From contig JANWWU010000066.1 in assembly GCA_025055595.1 (NCBI GenBank), positions 11,147-75,146 on the forward strand: 64,000 nt of DNA, in the 5' to 3' direction. A program made the translations under genes and the position numbers. How positions within the stretch are numbered: position 1 is the stretch's first letter; each line of letters opens with the position of its first letter. Source of the DNA: Planctomycetota bacterium. Lineage in GTDB: Bacteria; Planctomycetota; UBA11346. The notes beneath the pieces are model-generated. The model saw nothing but the letters and a program-made list of their open reading frames with translations. It was not told the DNA's origin and did no database searches. Below are positions 8,754 through 18,873 of the stretch, piece after piece.

Positions 8754-11692
8754 CAGCGGAAGCCCAGCGCGGCGTAGATCGTGTAGTCCTCCTCGCCGTC
8801 GATCTGGCGCGCGAGGCCGAGACCGGGCGCGACCCGCACCAGCCAGTACTCGATCTCGAGGTGCAACTCGACGCCGGCAGCGCGGTACCAGCGCGCGCCG
8901 GGCTGGTGGCGGCGCAGGACATCGCTGACCCGCGCGCCGTCGTAGAACAGCTCGGCGACGAGCTGGCGCGTGACCCACGGCGTGGTGCCGGCGCCGACGA
9001 AACCCTGCCACAGCGGCAGGCGGTAGCCGGCGCTGCCGGCCAGCAGCACCCGCCCGCGCGCCATCGTCTTCGGATAGCCGCGCGGGACGCCGAGCGCGGC
9101 GTCGCCGCCGATGCCCCACACCCCCTGCAAGCTCGGCGGGCCGTCGCTCCAGCCGAGCTGCGCGCCGAGCACCAGCTGGTGGTTCCACGACGGCAGCACC
9201 GGCTGGCTGTACGAGGCCTGCAGCAGCGCGCGGTTGTTGGTCGCGCTGCCGACGCGCCAGCTGGCGGTCGCGCTCAGGCCGTCCTCGGCGGCGTAGCTCG
9301 TCGGATAGAGGATGCTGTCGTCGTAGGCCAGCGTCAGCGCGCCGTAGCCCTCCTCGCCGCGCCACGGCTGGCGCCCGATCACCGTCAGCCCGCGGTAGTC
9401 GTCGGCCGCGCTGTCCACCGGCTCGCGGCGCTCCCAGCCCGCGGCCAGCCAGCCCTGCCAGCGCCGGCCGTAGCCGCCCATCCCGTAGCCGAGGCGGGCT
9501 TCCACGCTGTCGACGAGCTCGACATAGTCGTAGGCCCGGCCGTCGCTGGCGAGCAGCTGCTCGTTGTAGCCGAGCTCGCGGCGCAGCGCGACGAAGGCCG
9601 GTCCCGGCTGCCAGCCCTGGTAGCTCCAGGCGAGGAGGCCGACCGCGCTGTGCTCGTGGTAGCCGACGCCGAGCGAGGCGATCACCGTGTGGGTGAGCAG
9701 GGCATCGTGGGCGACGGCGACCGCGCCGAAGGCGCCGAGGCTGTCCGGGACGGCGACGGTGGTCGGAGTCCAGTAGCGTGGCCGCAGGCTGTCGAGCGCG
9801 CGGTACGGCTCGGCCTCCGGCAGCGCCGCCGGCGCGAGCGGGCGCGGCGCGGGATCCGGGCGATCCGCGCCGACGGCGTACGGTCCGAGCGGTTGCCGCT
9901 CGATCGGCGCCGGCCAGCCGTGCGGCACCTCGGGCAGGGCCGGCGGCCATCGCCGCTCGTCGAGCGGCATGACGGCGAGGAAGGGGCCCAGCTGATCGTG
10001 ATCGAGGACGGCGAGCAGGCGGCCGTCGGGCGAGGGCACGGCGGCGAGCACCGCGCCGATCGTGTTGGTGACGGGGCGGATGGCGCCGGCGAGCTCGACG
10101 CACCAGGCGTTGGCGACCCCGGAGACATCGCTGGCGCAGAACACGCGCTCGCCCGCGGCGTCCCACGCCGGGTGCAGGATCCGCGCCGGCACCTCCCAGA
10201 GCACGCGCCGCCCGCCGCCGTCCGGCCGCGCCAGCACCAGGCGCGAGCCGCGGGCGTCGGTCTCGACCCAGCACAGCTCGTCGCTGCCCGGTCGCCAGGC
10301 CGGGGCCCAGGGCCGGCCCTCGCTCGGGATCTCCTCCGGCTCGCCGTCGTCGCGCCAGCGGATCAGCCGCTGCCGCCCGGCGCCGACGAACTGCACGGCG
10401 ACGACCTCGAGGCTGTCGCCGCGGCGGCGGGCATCGGGCTGGATGACGCGCGGATGCGGCCACTCGCGGACGACGCGCGCGCCGTCGGCGACGAGCCGCG
10501 CTCGGCTGGGTCGCCAGCGGTCGCCGCCGACCGCGGCCTCGGCGTAGATCTGGTGCCGGTCGTCGACCCGGCGCAGCGCGCCGAGCATCCAGGCCGAGGG
10601 TTCCTGCAGCGCGTTCTCGATGCGCCCCTGCGCGCTGGTGATCGCCAGCGCGGGGCGCGCGGTCGGACTGTCGGCGGCATGCACCAGGCGCTCGCCCATC
10701 CACGCCGGGGCCGCGATCCGCCAGTGCGCCGGGCTGCGCCGCGTCGCATGGGTGACGGGCTGGCTGCGGATCAGCGCGAGCATGCGCTGCTGCTCGGCCT
10801 GCAGGTCCTGCCGCGCCTGGGCGATCAGGAACGGATGCTCCCAGCCCAGGCTCGGCTCGCTGCCGCGGCGGAAGGCGAAGGGCAGCTGCAGCCGGCCCTG
10901 GTCCTCGACCACCCGCCACAGGCCGCGGCGATCGCCGTAGGCCGCGGCCAGCCAGCGCGCGTAGGCCAGGCCGTAGAGGTAGGCACGGTTGCCGAAGGGC
11001 CAGCGCTCGTAGGAGAGGCGCCAGGTGTCGGGCGGGGGGATGCCGCCGGCGGCGGCATCGAGGCGCCACGCCGCGTGCACCAGCGGATCGCGGCCGCGCC
11101 CGGCCCACGGCGAGGCCGGATCGGCGTAGGCGGTCTCCGCCCACTGCGCGACCGCCTCGTGCCAGAAGCCCGGCGACAGCACATGGTTCGGCACGCTGCC
11201 GAGGAAGACGAGCAGCGACAGCGGATCGTGGGGCAGGACGCGGCCGAACACCGTCTCGAGCGCGGCGCGCCAGCCGTGGTTGCGGTCGTTGGCCAGGTGA
11301 TGGGCGAACTCGTGCACCAGCGTGCGCTCGAGGTCGTCGCCGCCGGCGAACAGCTGGCTCTCGGGGCGGCTCGGCGCGAGCTGGACCTGGACCAGCGGGA
11401 AGGGGACGACGGTCGAGAAGCCGTTGTGCGCGTCCTCGTCGTCGGTGAACACGAGGTGCAGGGTGCGCGTCGGCTGCCAGCCGGCATCGTCGATCATCCG
11501 CCGATAGAGCGCGATCGCGCGCGCGACGGCCTCCTCGAGCTGCGCGCGCTGCGCGCTCGGCACATGGATCGCGAGTCCGGGGACGCGGTAGGTGTGATAG
11601 CGCACGCCGGGCTTGAACGGCGACTGGTCCTCTAGCGCGCCGAGCGCGGCGGCCAGGGTCAGCAGCAGCGTACCGAGCAGGGATCGTCTCAT
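8750..11692 (-). CDS. large secreted/outer-membrane multidomain protein: N-terminal HEXXH metallopeptidase-like domain (LVHEFAHHL), TolB/PD40-like beta-propeller region, C-terminal beta-barrel ending …ALGFRW
   Basis: M at residue 73 of track ORF 8750..11908 (signal peptide MRRSLLGTLLLTLAAALGA). 'cat' at 11690-11692. The start overlaps the ruvB stop (ATGA). The HEXXH motif and the aromatic C-terminal residue typical of OM barrels are read directly from the translation. Confidence 0.7.
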   Translation of the reverse strand: MRRSLLGTLLLTLAAALGALEDQSPFKPGVRYHTYRVPGLAIHVPSAQRAQLEEAVARAIALYRRMIDDAGWQPTRTLHLVFTDDEDAHNGFSTVVPFPLVQVQLAPSRPESQLFAGGDDLERTLVHEFAHHLANDRNHGWRAALETVFGRVLPHDPLSLLVFLGSVPNHVLSPGFWHEAVAQWAETAYADPASPWAGRGRDPLVHAAWRLDAAAGGIPPPDTWRLSYERWPFGNRAYLYGLAYARWLAAAYGDRRGLWRVVEDQGRLQLPFAFRRGSEPSLGWEHPFLIAQARQDLQAEQQRMLALIRSQPVTHATRRSPAHWRIAAPAWMGERLVHAADSPTARPALAITSAQGRIENALQEPSAWMLGALRRVDDRHQIYAEAAVGGDRWRPSRARLVADGARVVREWPHPRVIQPDARRRGDSLEVVAVQFVGAGRQRLIRWRDDGEPEEIPSEGRPWAPAWRPGSDELCWVETDARGSRLVLARPDGGGRRVLWEVPARILHPAWDAAGERVFCASDVSGVANAWCVELAGAIRPVTNTIGAVLAAVPSPDGRLLAVLDHDQLGPFLAVMPLDERRWPPALPEVPHGWPAPIERQPLGPYAVGADRPDPAPRPLAPAALPEAEPYRALDSLRPRYWTPTTVAVPDSLGAFGAVAVAHDALLTHTVIASLGVGYHEHSAVGLLAWSYQGWQPGPAFVALRRELGYNEQLLASDGRAYDYVELVDSVEARLGYGMGGYGRRWQGWLAAGWERREPVDSAADDYRGLTVIGRQPWRGEEGYGALTLAYDDSILYPTSYAAEDGLSATASWRVGSATNNRALLQASYSQPVLPSWNHQLVLGAQLGWSDGPPSLQGVWGIGGDAALGVPRGYPKTMARGRVLLAGSAGYRLPLWQGFVGAGTTPWVTRQLVAELFYDGARVSDVLRRHQPGARWYRAAGVELHLEIEYWLVRVAPGLGLARQIDGEEDYTIYAALGFRW

Positions 11693-12711
11693 GCGAAGAG
11701 GTCCTGTTGGGCGAGGGGCGGCGGCTCGCTCGGCGGCGGCAGGCCGAGATGGCGGTAGGCCGCCGGCGTCGCCAGGCGCCCCTGCGCGGTCTTGAGCAGG
11801 AAGCCGGCTTGGACGAGGTAGGGCTCGTGCATCTCCTCGATCGTCGTCTCCTCCTCGTCGACGGTCTGGGCGATCGTCTTCAGGCCGACCGGGCGGCGGT
11901 GCCGGCACAGGCAGTGCAGGATGCGGCGGTCGAGCTCGGTCAGGCCGTGCTCGTCGATGCCGAGCATCGCCAGCCCCTCCTCGGCGACGGCGGCGGTGAT
12001 GCGGTTGCCGTGGTGCACCTGCGCCAGATCGCGGATGCGCCGCAGCAGGTTGTTGGCGATGCGCGCCGTGCCGCGGCTGCGGCGGGCGATCGGCCGCAGG
12101 CCCTCGGCATCGGCGGCGACGCCGAGCAGGCGCGCGCTGCGCTCGAGGATCTGCAGCAGCTCGTCGACGCCGTAGAGGTCGAGGCGCTCGCGGATCGCGA
12201 AGCGGCTGCGCAGCGGCGCGGTCAGGCTGCCCTCGCGGGTCGTCGCCCCGACCAGGGTGAAGGGCGGGAGGTTGATCGTCAGCACCTGGCTCGCCGGCCC
12301 CTCGCCGAGGTGGACGGCGATGCGGAAGTCCTCCATCGCCGCGTAGAGGTACTCCTCGACGACGCGCTTCAGGCTGTGGATCTCGTCGATGAACAGCAGC
12401 GAGCCGGGCCGCAGCGCGGAGAGCAGGGCGGCGAGGTCGCCGGGCTTCTCGAGCAGGGGCCCGGCGGTCTCGGTGATCTCGGCGCCCATCTCGGCGGCGA
12501 GGATGTGGGCGAGCGTCGTCTTGCCGAGTCCCGGCGGACCGGCGAGCAGCACATGGTCGAGCGGCTCGCCGCGCTGGCGGGCGGCGGCGACGGCGAGCGC
12601 GAGGTTGCGCGTCACCGCGCGCTGGCCGGTGAAGTCGGCGAAGCGCTTCGGCCGCAGCGCGCGGTCGCTCGCCTCGTCGCGCTCGACGAACTCGCGCGGC
12701 GCGCCGCCCAT
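11689..12711 (-). CDS. ruvB: Holliday junction branch-migration ATPase RuvB
   Basis: M at residue 76 of track ORF 11689..12936. Walker A LLAGPPGLGKTTLA and the conserved RuvB core and C-terminal winged-helix region are present. 'cat' at 12709-12711. Confidence 0.95.
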   Translation of the reverse strand: MGGAPREFVERDEASDRALRPKRFADFTGQRAVTRNLALAVAAARQRGEPLDHVLLAGPPGLGKTTLAHILAAEMGAEITETAGPLLEKPGDLAALLSALRPGSLLFIDEIHSLKRVVEEYLYAAMEDFRIAVHLGEGPASQVLTINLPPFTLVGATTREGSLTAPLRSRFAIRERLDLYGVDELLQILERSARLLGVAADAEGLRPIARRSRGTARIANNLLRRIRDLAQVHHGNRITAAVAEEGLAMLGIDEHGLTELDRRILHCLCRHRRPVGLKTIAQTVDEEETTIEEMHEPYLVQAGFLLKTAQGRLATPAAYRHLGLPPPSEPPPLAQQDLFA

Positions 12712-13220
12712 CAGAACCAGTACCCCAGGCCGCCGGAGAACGACATCGTCTCGAGGTCGAGGGCGCGGCGCGTGTAGTGCCAGGTGATCTCGAAGAAGAG
12801 CCGCTCGCTGAGCAGGTAGCCGGCCATCAGCTTGCCGCCGATGTCCCAGCGCCGCTGCTCGGCGGCAGCGCGCACGCCGGGGATCTCCGCGAGCTTGAGG
12901 CGCACGAAGTTGCTGCCGAGCCCGAGGCCGAGCCACCAGCGCTGCCGGATCTGCCGGCGCTCGGCGTAGGTCACTTCGAAGGCGGCGAAGGTCCCCTCGC
13001 CGTCGGGCGCGTAGCGGCCGTCGAGGTCGATCGTCGGCAAGCCGACGAGCCCGCGCTCGAGGAGCAGCGTGCCGAGGCCGAGCCGATAGCCCCAGTCGGT
13101 CTCGAGCGCCTTGCGCAGCTCGGGGCCGAGGTAGTCGCCGCCGGCCTGGACGAAGAACGGCAGGCCCTGGGCCGCCGGCACGCTGGCGGCGAGCGCGAGG
13201 AGCAGGGCGCAGCGCGGCAT
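12711..13220 (-). CDS. small outer-membrane beta-barrel protein (OmpW/OmpA-like 8-strand candidate), signal peptide, C-terminal …GYWF
   Basis: M at residue 12 of track ORF 12711..13253 (MPRCALLLALAASVPAAQG). Alternating hydrophobic pattern and a C-terminal Phe. The stop overlaps the ruvB start. Confidence 0.55.
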   Translation of the reverse strand: MPRCALLLALAASVPAAQGLPFFVQAGGDYLGPELRKALETDWGYRLGLGTLLLERGLVGLPTIDLDGRYAPDGEGTFAAFEVTYAERRQIRQRWWLGLGLGSNFVRLKLAEIPGVRAAAEQRRWDIGGKLMAGYLLSERLFFEITWHYTRRALDLETMSFSGGLGYWF

Positions 13221-13230
13221 GGGGGCATGC

Positions 13231-14211
13231 TCAGGGCGTCGGCGCCGGCGCAACCGCGTCGCCGGCGGGCAGGATCTGCAGCGTGATCGGGCTCGGCAGC
13301 AGGCGCAGGCCGGGCGGGCCCTGGACCTGCACCGGCACGATCAGGGAGCCCGGCGGCGGCTCGCGGCGCAGGTCGACCCAGGCGAGGAAGTCGCCCGGCT
13401 GCGCCGAGCGCACCGCCGCCTCCAGGCCCTCGATGCGCAGCGTCGTCAGCGGCTCGGCCGGCTCGACCCGCCAGCGCCCGCTGTGGCGCGCCGGCAGCAG
13501 CAGGGCGACCGGCACCTGCAGCGTGGCGCTGGCGCTGCGCGCCGGCGCGACGATCACCGTCGCCACCACCGGGTCGAGCGGCTGCGGCAGGCCCTCGACG
13601 ACATGCAGGGCGACGCGCTCCTCGAGCGGCGCCGACAGCGCGGGATCGATGCCGTCGAGGCGGATCGGCGCGAAGCGCAGCGGCTCGCCGCTGGCCTCGA
13701 ACATCGCCAGCCGCTCGGCGCTGTCGCGGACCTCGATGCGCGTGCGATCGAGGCGGACCTCCGCCGACAGCCCGGAGGGCAGGCCGAGGACCGGCGGCGG
13801 CTCGGCGGGCAGCGTCGCGGTGATCAGCCGCGCCAGGCGCACGCCGATGCTGCGCAGGGCGGGATCGGTGCGGACGATCCGCATGTCGGAGTCGAGGCCG
13901 AGCAGGCGGCTGGTCAGCGTCAGCTCGACGGTGCCGGCCTCGCGCGCGCGCGGCAGCTCGAGGTGCGGGCGCAGCACGCCCTCGCGCAGGGCCTGGGTCT
14001 TGTTCGCCGGCAGCGAGATGACGGCGACGAAGTCCGGCGGATCGATGGCGGCGACGGTGAGCCCCGGCGGCAGGCCGCCGACGCGCGCCGGCGACAGCTC
14101 GACCTGCACCTGGCGCTCGACGCGCACCTGTCCGCTGGTGTAGCTCCACAGCGCGATCGCGATGACCAGGCTGACGAGCTTCAGCCGCCAGTCGGCGAGC
14201 AGCCACCTCAT
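13231..14211 (-). CDS. cdaR: YbbR-domain protein, putative CdaA regulator CdaR
   Basis: M 326 codons before the end of track ORF 13231..15129 ([24 protein letters not shown], an N-terminal TM helix). Repeated YbbR-like segments follow. The ATGA overlap with the cdaA stop matches the conserved cdaA-cdaR synteny. Confidence 0.7.
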   Translation of the reverse strand: MRWLLADWRLKLVSLVIAIALWSYTSGQVRVERQVQVELSPARVGGLPPGLTVAAIDPPDFVAVISLPANKTQALREGVLRPHLELPRAREAGTVELTLTSRLLGLDSDMRIVRTDPALRSIGVRLARLITATLPAEPPPVLGLPSGLSAEVRLDRTRIEVRDSAERLAMFEASGEPLRFAPIRLDGIDPALSAPLEERVALHVVEGLPQPLDPVVATVIVAPARSASATLQVPVALLLPARHSGRWRVEPAEPLTTLRIEGLEAAVRSAQPGDFLAWVDLRREPPPGSLIVPVQVQGPPGLRLLPSPITLQILPAGDAVAPAPTP

Positions 14212-15011
14212 CGCCTGCTCCCCATCTCGGCGGCGCGGAAGACGCGCGCGAAGATCAGCTCGAGGTCCTGGCGCGTCAGGCCGCGGGTGAACTGCCCGCG
14301 GTCGGCCATGCTGATCTGCCCGGTCTCCTCGGAGACGATGATCGCCAGCGCATCGGTGTCCTCGGAGATGCCGATGCCGGCGCGGTGGCGGGTCCCGGAC
14401 AGCGACTTGTAGGCGATGTTGTTGGTCAGCGGCAGGATGACGCCGGCGGCGGCGATGCGGCCGCCACGGATGATCACCGCCCCGTCGTGCAGCGGCGCGT
14501 CCTTCCAGAAGAGGCTGACCAGGCTCTTGGCGGTCAGCTCGCAGTCGAGCGGGCTGGTCGTGATGTAGGCGTCGAGGCGGTCGTTGCGCTCGATGACGAT
14601 CAGCGCGCCGATCCGCCGCTCGGCCATGAACATCAGCGCCTCGACGAGCGGGCCGACGAGGTGCATGCCGTGCCCGCCGCCGCCCTGCGGCAGCAGGCCG
14701 CCGAGCCGCGACAGCAGGCGGCGCAGCTCGGGCTGGAAGACGACGATCAGGATGATCGCGCTGAAGCCGACCAGGGTCTGCAGCAGCCAGGCGATCGCGT
14801 GCAGCTCGAGCCAGCGCGACAGCAGCCAGATGCCGACGACGCCGAGCAGCAGCAAGCTGATGCCGCCGATCTTGCCGCCGGCCGCCGTCCGCTCGAGCGC
14901 GCGCAGCAGGGCGTAGACCGCGCCCCAGAGGATCGCGAGCTCGGCGCCGGCGCGGACGAAGAACGGCCAGTCGGCGAGCGGCGGCAGCCAGTCCCACGGG
15001 AGGAAGCTCAT
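14208..15011 (-). CDS. cdaA: diadenylate cyclase CdaA (DisA_N/DAC domain, 3 N-terminal TM helices)
   Basis: M 267 codons before the end of track ORF 14208..15869. DAC-domain motifs …[15 protein letters not shown]…[15 protein letters not shown]… are present. 'cat' at 15009-15011. ATGA overlap with folP. Confidence 0.9.
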   Translation of the reverse strand: MSFLPWDWLPPLADWPFFVRAGAELAILWGAVYALLRALERTAAGGKIGGISLLLLGVVGIWLLSRWLELHAIAWLLQTLVGFSAIILIVVFQPELRRLLSRLGGLLPQGGGGHGMHLVGPLVEALMFMAERRIGALIVIERNDRLDAYITTSPLDCELTAKSLVSLFWKDAPLHDGAVIIRGGRIAAAGVILPLTNNIAYKSLSGTRHRAGIGISEDTDALAIIVSEETGQISMADRGQFTRGLTRQDLELIFARVFRAAEMGSRR

Positions 15012-15853
15012 GCGGCCTCGCGCAGGGCGGCAGCGACGCGCAGCGCGGCGCGCGCGCCGGCGACATCGTGGACGCGCAGCAGCGCGCAGTGCGGGGCGAG
15101 CAGGGCGTGCGCGACATGGCTCGCCGCATCGCGCTGCGCCGGCTCGGCGATGCCGGTCAGCGCGCCGATCAGCGACTTGCGGCTGACGCCGACCAGCAGC
15201 GGCCGGCCGAGCGCGGCGAGGCGCGGCAGGGCGGCGAGCAGGGCGAGGTTGTGCGCGCGCGTCTTGCCGAAGCCGATCCCGGGATCGAGGACGATCGCCT
15301 GCTCGGCGACGCCGGCGGCGACGGCCCGCGCCAGCGCCTGGCGCAGGGCCTCCTCGACCTCGCCGACGACATCCTGGTAGCGTGGCGCCAGCTGCATCGT
15401 CTGCGGCGTTCCCTGCATGTGCATCAGGATCAGCGGGCAGCGCGCGCGCGCCGCGACCGCAAGCAGCTCGGGATCGCGACCGCCGCCGATGTCGTTGATC
15501 GCATCGGCGCCGGCGGCGAGCGCCGCCTCCGCCACCCGCCCCTTGCTCGTATCGACGCTCAGCGGCACGCGCACGCCGGCGGCGCGGATCGCGGCGATCG
15601 CCGGCACGACCCGCGCGATCTCGGTCTCGGCGTCGACCGGCTGGGCGCCCGGCCGCGTGCTCTCGCCGCCGACATCGAGCCAGTCGGCGCCGGCAGCGAC
15701 CAGCGCGCGCGCCGCCTCGGCCGCCGCCGCCGGCGTCGCATGGCGTCCGCCGTCGCTGAAGGAGTCCGGCGTGACATTGATGATCCCCATCAGGCCGGCG
15801 GGCTGGCCGACGGCGATGGCGCGCGCGGGATCGAGCAGCCAGCGGCGGGTCAT
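15008..15853 (-). CDS. folP: dihydropteroate synthase
   Basis: Track ORF. Contains …[14 protein letters not shown]… and a GxGFGKT-type motif. The true start may instead be the internal M at residue 22, at 15790. Confidence 0.9.
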   Translation of the reverse strand: MTRRWLLDPARAIAVGQPAGLMGIINVTPDSFSDGGRHATPAAAAEAARALVAAGADWLDVGGESTRPGAQPVDAETEIARVVPAIAAIRAAGVRVPLSVDTSKGRVAEAALAAGADAINDIGGGRDPELLAVAARARCPLILMHMQGTPQTMQLAPRYQDVVGEVEEALRQALARAVAAGVAEQAIVLDPGIGFGKTRAHNLALLAALPRLAALGRPLLVGVSRKSLIGALTGIAEPAQRDAASHVAHALLAPHCALLRVHDVAGARAALRVAAALREAA

Positions 15854-15974
15854 GCCGCGATCCTAGCATGCGCCCCGGCCGCGGCAGCAGGGCGCACCGC
15901 GGCCGAGGCGCGCCCTGCGCAAGCTGCGCGCGCGTGCGATTGCGACACCGCTCGCCGCTTTAGGGTTTCCGCCG
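15854..15974. promoter_or_regulatory. divergent intergenic region between folP (-) and the NifU-like/suf cluster (+)
   Basis: 121-bp non-coding gap flanked by divergently oriented operon starts. No specific motif identified. Confidence 0.25.
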
Positions 15975-16688
15975 ATGCCTGCGGAAGCCACGCTGACGCG
16001 CGCCGCCGAGCAGCGCCTGCGCGCGCCGCGCACGCGCGGCGCGTTCAGCCAGCGCGATGCCGCGCGCCGGCGCCTCGCCCTGCTCGAAGCCAGCGATGGC
16101 GCCGGGCAGGCGGCGATCTTCTGGCTGGTCGAGCTGCCGGCGCAGCGCATCGCCGACGCGCGCTTCCTCGCCTTCGGCTCGCTGTGGAGCCACCCGCTGG
16201 CCGACGCCTTCACCGAGCTCGTCCGCGGACGGAGCCTCGACGAGGCCTGCGCGCTGCCGCTGGCGCGCGTCGAGGCCCTGCTGCGCGACGACCCCGAGGT
16301 CCCGGCCTGCGCCGAGAGCGAGCTCGCCTTCCTCGCCGACCTCCAGCAGCGCGCGCGCGCCGCCGCCCCGCAGCTCGCGGTGCCGCCGCCGCTGACCGAG
16401 AAGCCGGTGTACCAGCGCAAGCGCCCGCAGGACTGGAACGAGCACGACCGCGCCTGGCTGCCGCTGTCGCTGCTCAAGAAGGTCGCCAAGGTCGACGCCG
16501 CGATCGCCCGCGTCCTCGCCGACAAGGCGCCGCAGGCGCGGCACCGCGTCGAGGGCCTGCACGACGACTTCCGCGTCGTCTGCCTGCTCGAGGGGGTCGG
16601 CGACGCCGAGCGCCACACGCTGGCGCTGTTCATCGCCAGCGCCCTGCGCGAGATCCATCCCGAGCTCACCGTGGAGGTGCCGCCATGA
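15975..16688 (+). CDS. IscU/NifU-like scaffold-domain protein lacking most cluster-ligating cysteines (pseudo-scaffold), with C-terminal extension
   Basis: Track ORF. The N-terminal ~120 aa align by eye with IscU: ENPRNVGSFD ~ [10 protein letters not shown], and [33 protein letters not shown] ~ [33 protein letters not shown]. The IscU Cys37 and Cys63 positions are replaced. The stop overlaps the sufB ATG (ATGA). Confidence 0.55.
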   Translation: MPAEATLTRAAEQRLRAPRTRGAFSQRDAARRRLALLEASDGAGQAAIFWLVELPAQRIADARFLAFGSLWSHPLADAFTELVRGRSLDEACALPLARVEALLRDDPEVPACAESELAFLADLQQRARAAAPQLAVPPPLTEKPVYQRKRPQDWNEHDRAWLPLSLLKKVAKVDAAIARVLADKAPQARHRVEGLHDDFRVVCLLEGVGDAERHTLALFIASALREIHPELTVEVPP

Positions 16689-18130
16689 GCGCCCTCGCCC
16701 CCCCGCTCAGCAGCGAGGCCGATGCCTACAAGTACGGGTTCCGCAGCGCGGTCGAGAGCGTCACCCTCGCGCCCGGGCTCAACGAGGAGACCGTGCGGCA
16801 GATCAGCGCGGCGCGCCGCGAGCCGCCCTTCCTGCTCGAGTTCCGCCTGCGCGCGTTGCGCGCCTGGCAGCGGATGCGCGAGCCGACCTGGGCCGCCGTC
16901 GAATATCCGCCGATCGACTACCAGGCGATCAGCTACTTCTCGGCGCCGAAGCAGCTGCCGCGCCATGGCTCGCTCGACGAGGTCGATCCCGAGATCCTGC
17001 GCACCTTCGAGAAGCTCGGCATCCCGCTCGACGAGCGCAAGCGCCTCGCCGGCGTCGCCATCGACGCGGTGTTCGACTCGGTGTCGATCGCGACCACGCA
17101 CCAGGAGAAGCTGTACGACGCCGGCGTCATCTTCTGCTCGCTCGGCGAGGCCGTGCAGCGCTTCCCGGCGCTCGTCGAGCGCTGGCTCGGCAGCGTCGTG
17201 CCGGTCACCGACAACTGGTTCGCGGCGCTCAACAGCGCGGTGTTCTCGGACGGTTCCTTCGTCTATGTCCCGCCCTACACGCGCTGCCCGCTCGAGCTCT
17301 CGACCTACTTCCGCATCAACAACACCGAGAGCGGGCAGTTCGAGCGCACGCTGATCATCGCCGACCGCGGCAGCTATGTCAGCTACCTCGAGGGCTGCAC
17401 GGCGCCGCGCTCCTCGGCCCACCAGCTGCACGCCGCGGTCGTCGAGCTGATCGCGCTCGACGACGCCGAGATCAAGTACTCGACGGTGCAGAACTGGTAC
17501 GCCGGCGACCCGGCGAGCGGCCAGGGCGGGGTCTACAACTTCGTCACCAAGCGCGGGCTGTGCAGGGGCGCGCGCTCGAAGATCAGCTGGACCCAGGTCG
17601 AGGCCGGCAGCGCGATCACCTGGAAGTATCCGAGCTGCGTGCTGCGCGGCGACGACAGCGTCGGCGAGTTCTACAGCGTCGCCCTGACCAACGGCCGGAT
17701 GCAGGCCGACACCGGGACGAAGATGATCCACATCGGCAAGCGCACGCGCTCGCGGATCGTCTCCAAGGGCATCAGCGCCGACCGCAGCCGCAATGTCTAC
17801 CGCGGCCTCGTCCAGGTGCAGAAGAGCGCCGAGGGCGCGCGCAACCACACGACCTGCGACTCGATGCTCGTCGGCAAGCGCGCCGAGGCCCGCACCTATC
17901 CGTACATCGATGTGCAGCGCGACGACGCCGTCGTCGAGCACGAGGCCTCGACCAGCCGGCTCTCCGAGGAGCAGCTGTTCTACCTGCAGGCGCGCGGGCT
18001 GGCCGAGGAGGACGCGGTCGGCCTGATCGTCAACGGCTTCGCGCGCGAGGTCCTCGCCGAGCTGCCGCTCGAGTTCGCCGCCGAAGCGCGCAAGCTGCTG
18101 CAGCTCAAGCTGGAGAACTCCGTCGGATGA
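16685..18130 (+). CDS. sufB: Fe-S cluster assembly protein SufB
   Basis: ATG at 16685 inside track ORF 15068..18130. 481 aa with the canonical SufB sequence throughout (…[21 protein letters not shown]…). Confidence 0.95.
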   Translation: MSALAPPLSSEADAYKYGFRSAVESVTLAPGLNEETVRQISAARREPPFLLEFRLRALRAWQRMREPTWAAVEYPPIDYQAISYFSAPKQLPRHGSLDEVDPEILRTFEKLGIPLDERKRLAGVAIDAVFDSVSIATTHQEKLYDAGVIFCSLGEAVQRFPALVERWLGSVVPVTDNWFAALNSAVFSDGSFVYVPPYTRCPLELSTYFRINNTESGQFERTLIIADRGSYVSYLEGCTAPRSSAHQLHAAVVELIALDDAEIKYSTVQNWYAGDPASGQGGVYNFVTKRGLCRGARSKISWTQVEAGSAITWKYPSCVLRGDDSVGEFYSVALTNGRMQADTGTKMIHIGKRTRSRIVSKGISADRSRNVYRGLVQVQKSAEGARNHTTCDSMLVGKRAEARTYPYIDVQRDDAVVEHEASTSRLSEEQLFYLQARGLAEEDAVGLIVNGFAREVLAELPLEFAAEARKLLQLKLENSVG

Positions 18131-18873
18131 GCCTGCTCGAGATCGCCGACCTCAGCGTCGCGGTCGCCGGCCGCACGGTGATCGAGCGCCTGTCGCTCGC
18201 CGTGCCCGCCGGCTCGCTGCACGCCGTCATGGGGCCCAATGGCTCGGGCAAGAGCAGCCTGGCCAAGGCCCTGGCCGGGCATCCGGCCTACGCCGTGACC
18301 GGCGGCAGCGTGCGCCTCGCCGGCCGCGACCTGCTCGCGCTCGCTCCCGAGGAACGCGTGCACGCCGGCCTCTTCGTCGGCATGCAGTACCCGACCGAAG
18401 TGCCGGGGGTGAACAACGGCGAGTTCCTGCGCCTGGCGGCGAACGCCGTGCGCCGCGCGCGCGGTCTGCCGGAACGCACGCCGAGCGAGTTCGCGCCGCT
18501 GCTGGCCGCGGCGCTGCAGGCGAGCGAGGCGCCGGAGGACTTCGCGCAGCGCCAGCTCAACGCGGGGATGAGCGGGGGCCAGAAGAAGCGCAACGAGATC
18601 CTGCAGATGTTCGTCCTCGAGCCGAGCGTCGCGGTGCTCGACGAGACCGACTCCGGCCTCGACATCGATGCGATCAAGGCGGTGGCGCGGGCGATCAACG
18701 CCTACCGCCGCGCCGACCGCGCGCTCGTCCTGATCACGCACTTCCCGCGCCTGCTCGAGCTGGTGCAGCCCGACCGCGTCCATGTGCTGGTCGGCGGGAG
18801 GCTGGTGGCCAGCGGCGACGCCGCGCTCGCTGCGCGCCTGGAGGCCGAGGGCTATGAGCGGTTCCGCGCTTGA
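18127..18873 (+). CDS. sufC: Fe-S cluster assembly ATPase SufC
   Basis: ATG overlapping the sufB stop (ATGA). Walker [10 protein letters not shown] and ABC signature SGGQKKR are present. 248 aa. Confidence 0.95.
   Translation: MSLLEIADLSVAVAGRTVIERLSLAVPAGSLHAVMGPNGSGKSSLAKALAGHPAYAVTGGSVRLAGRDLLALAPEERVHAGLFVGMQYPTEVPGVNNGEFLRLAANAVRRARGLPERTPSEFAPLLAAALQASEAPEDFAQRQLNAGMSGGQKKRNEILQMFVLEPSVAVLDETDSGLDIDAIKAVARAINAYRRADRALVLITHFPRLLELVQPDRVHVLVGGRLVASGDAALAARLEAEGYERFRA

Noticed and set aside
8322-11144. Upstream ~800 codons of minus ORF 8319..11144
   Set aside because: Arg-rich junk overlapping the real peptidase gene in another frame. Only the 3' 144 codons look coding, and they are reported as a separate small gene.
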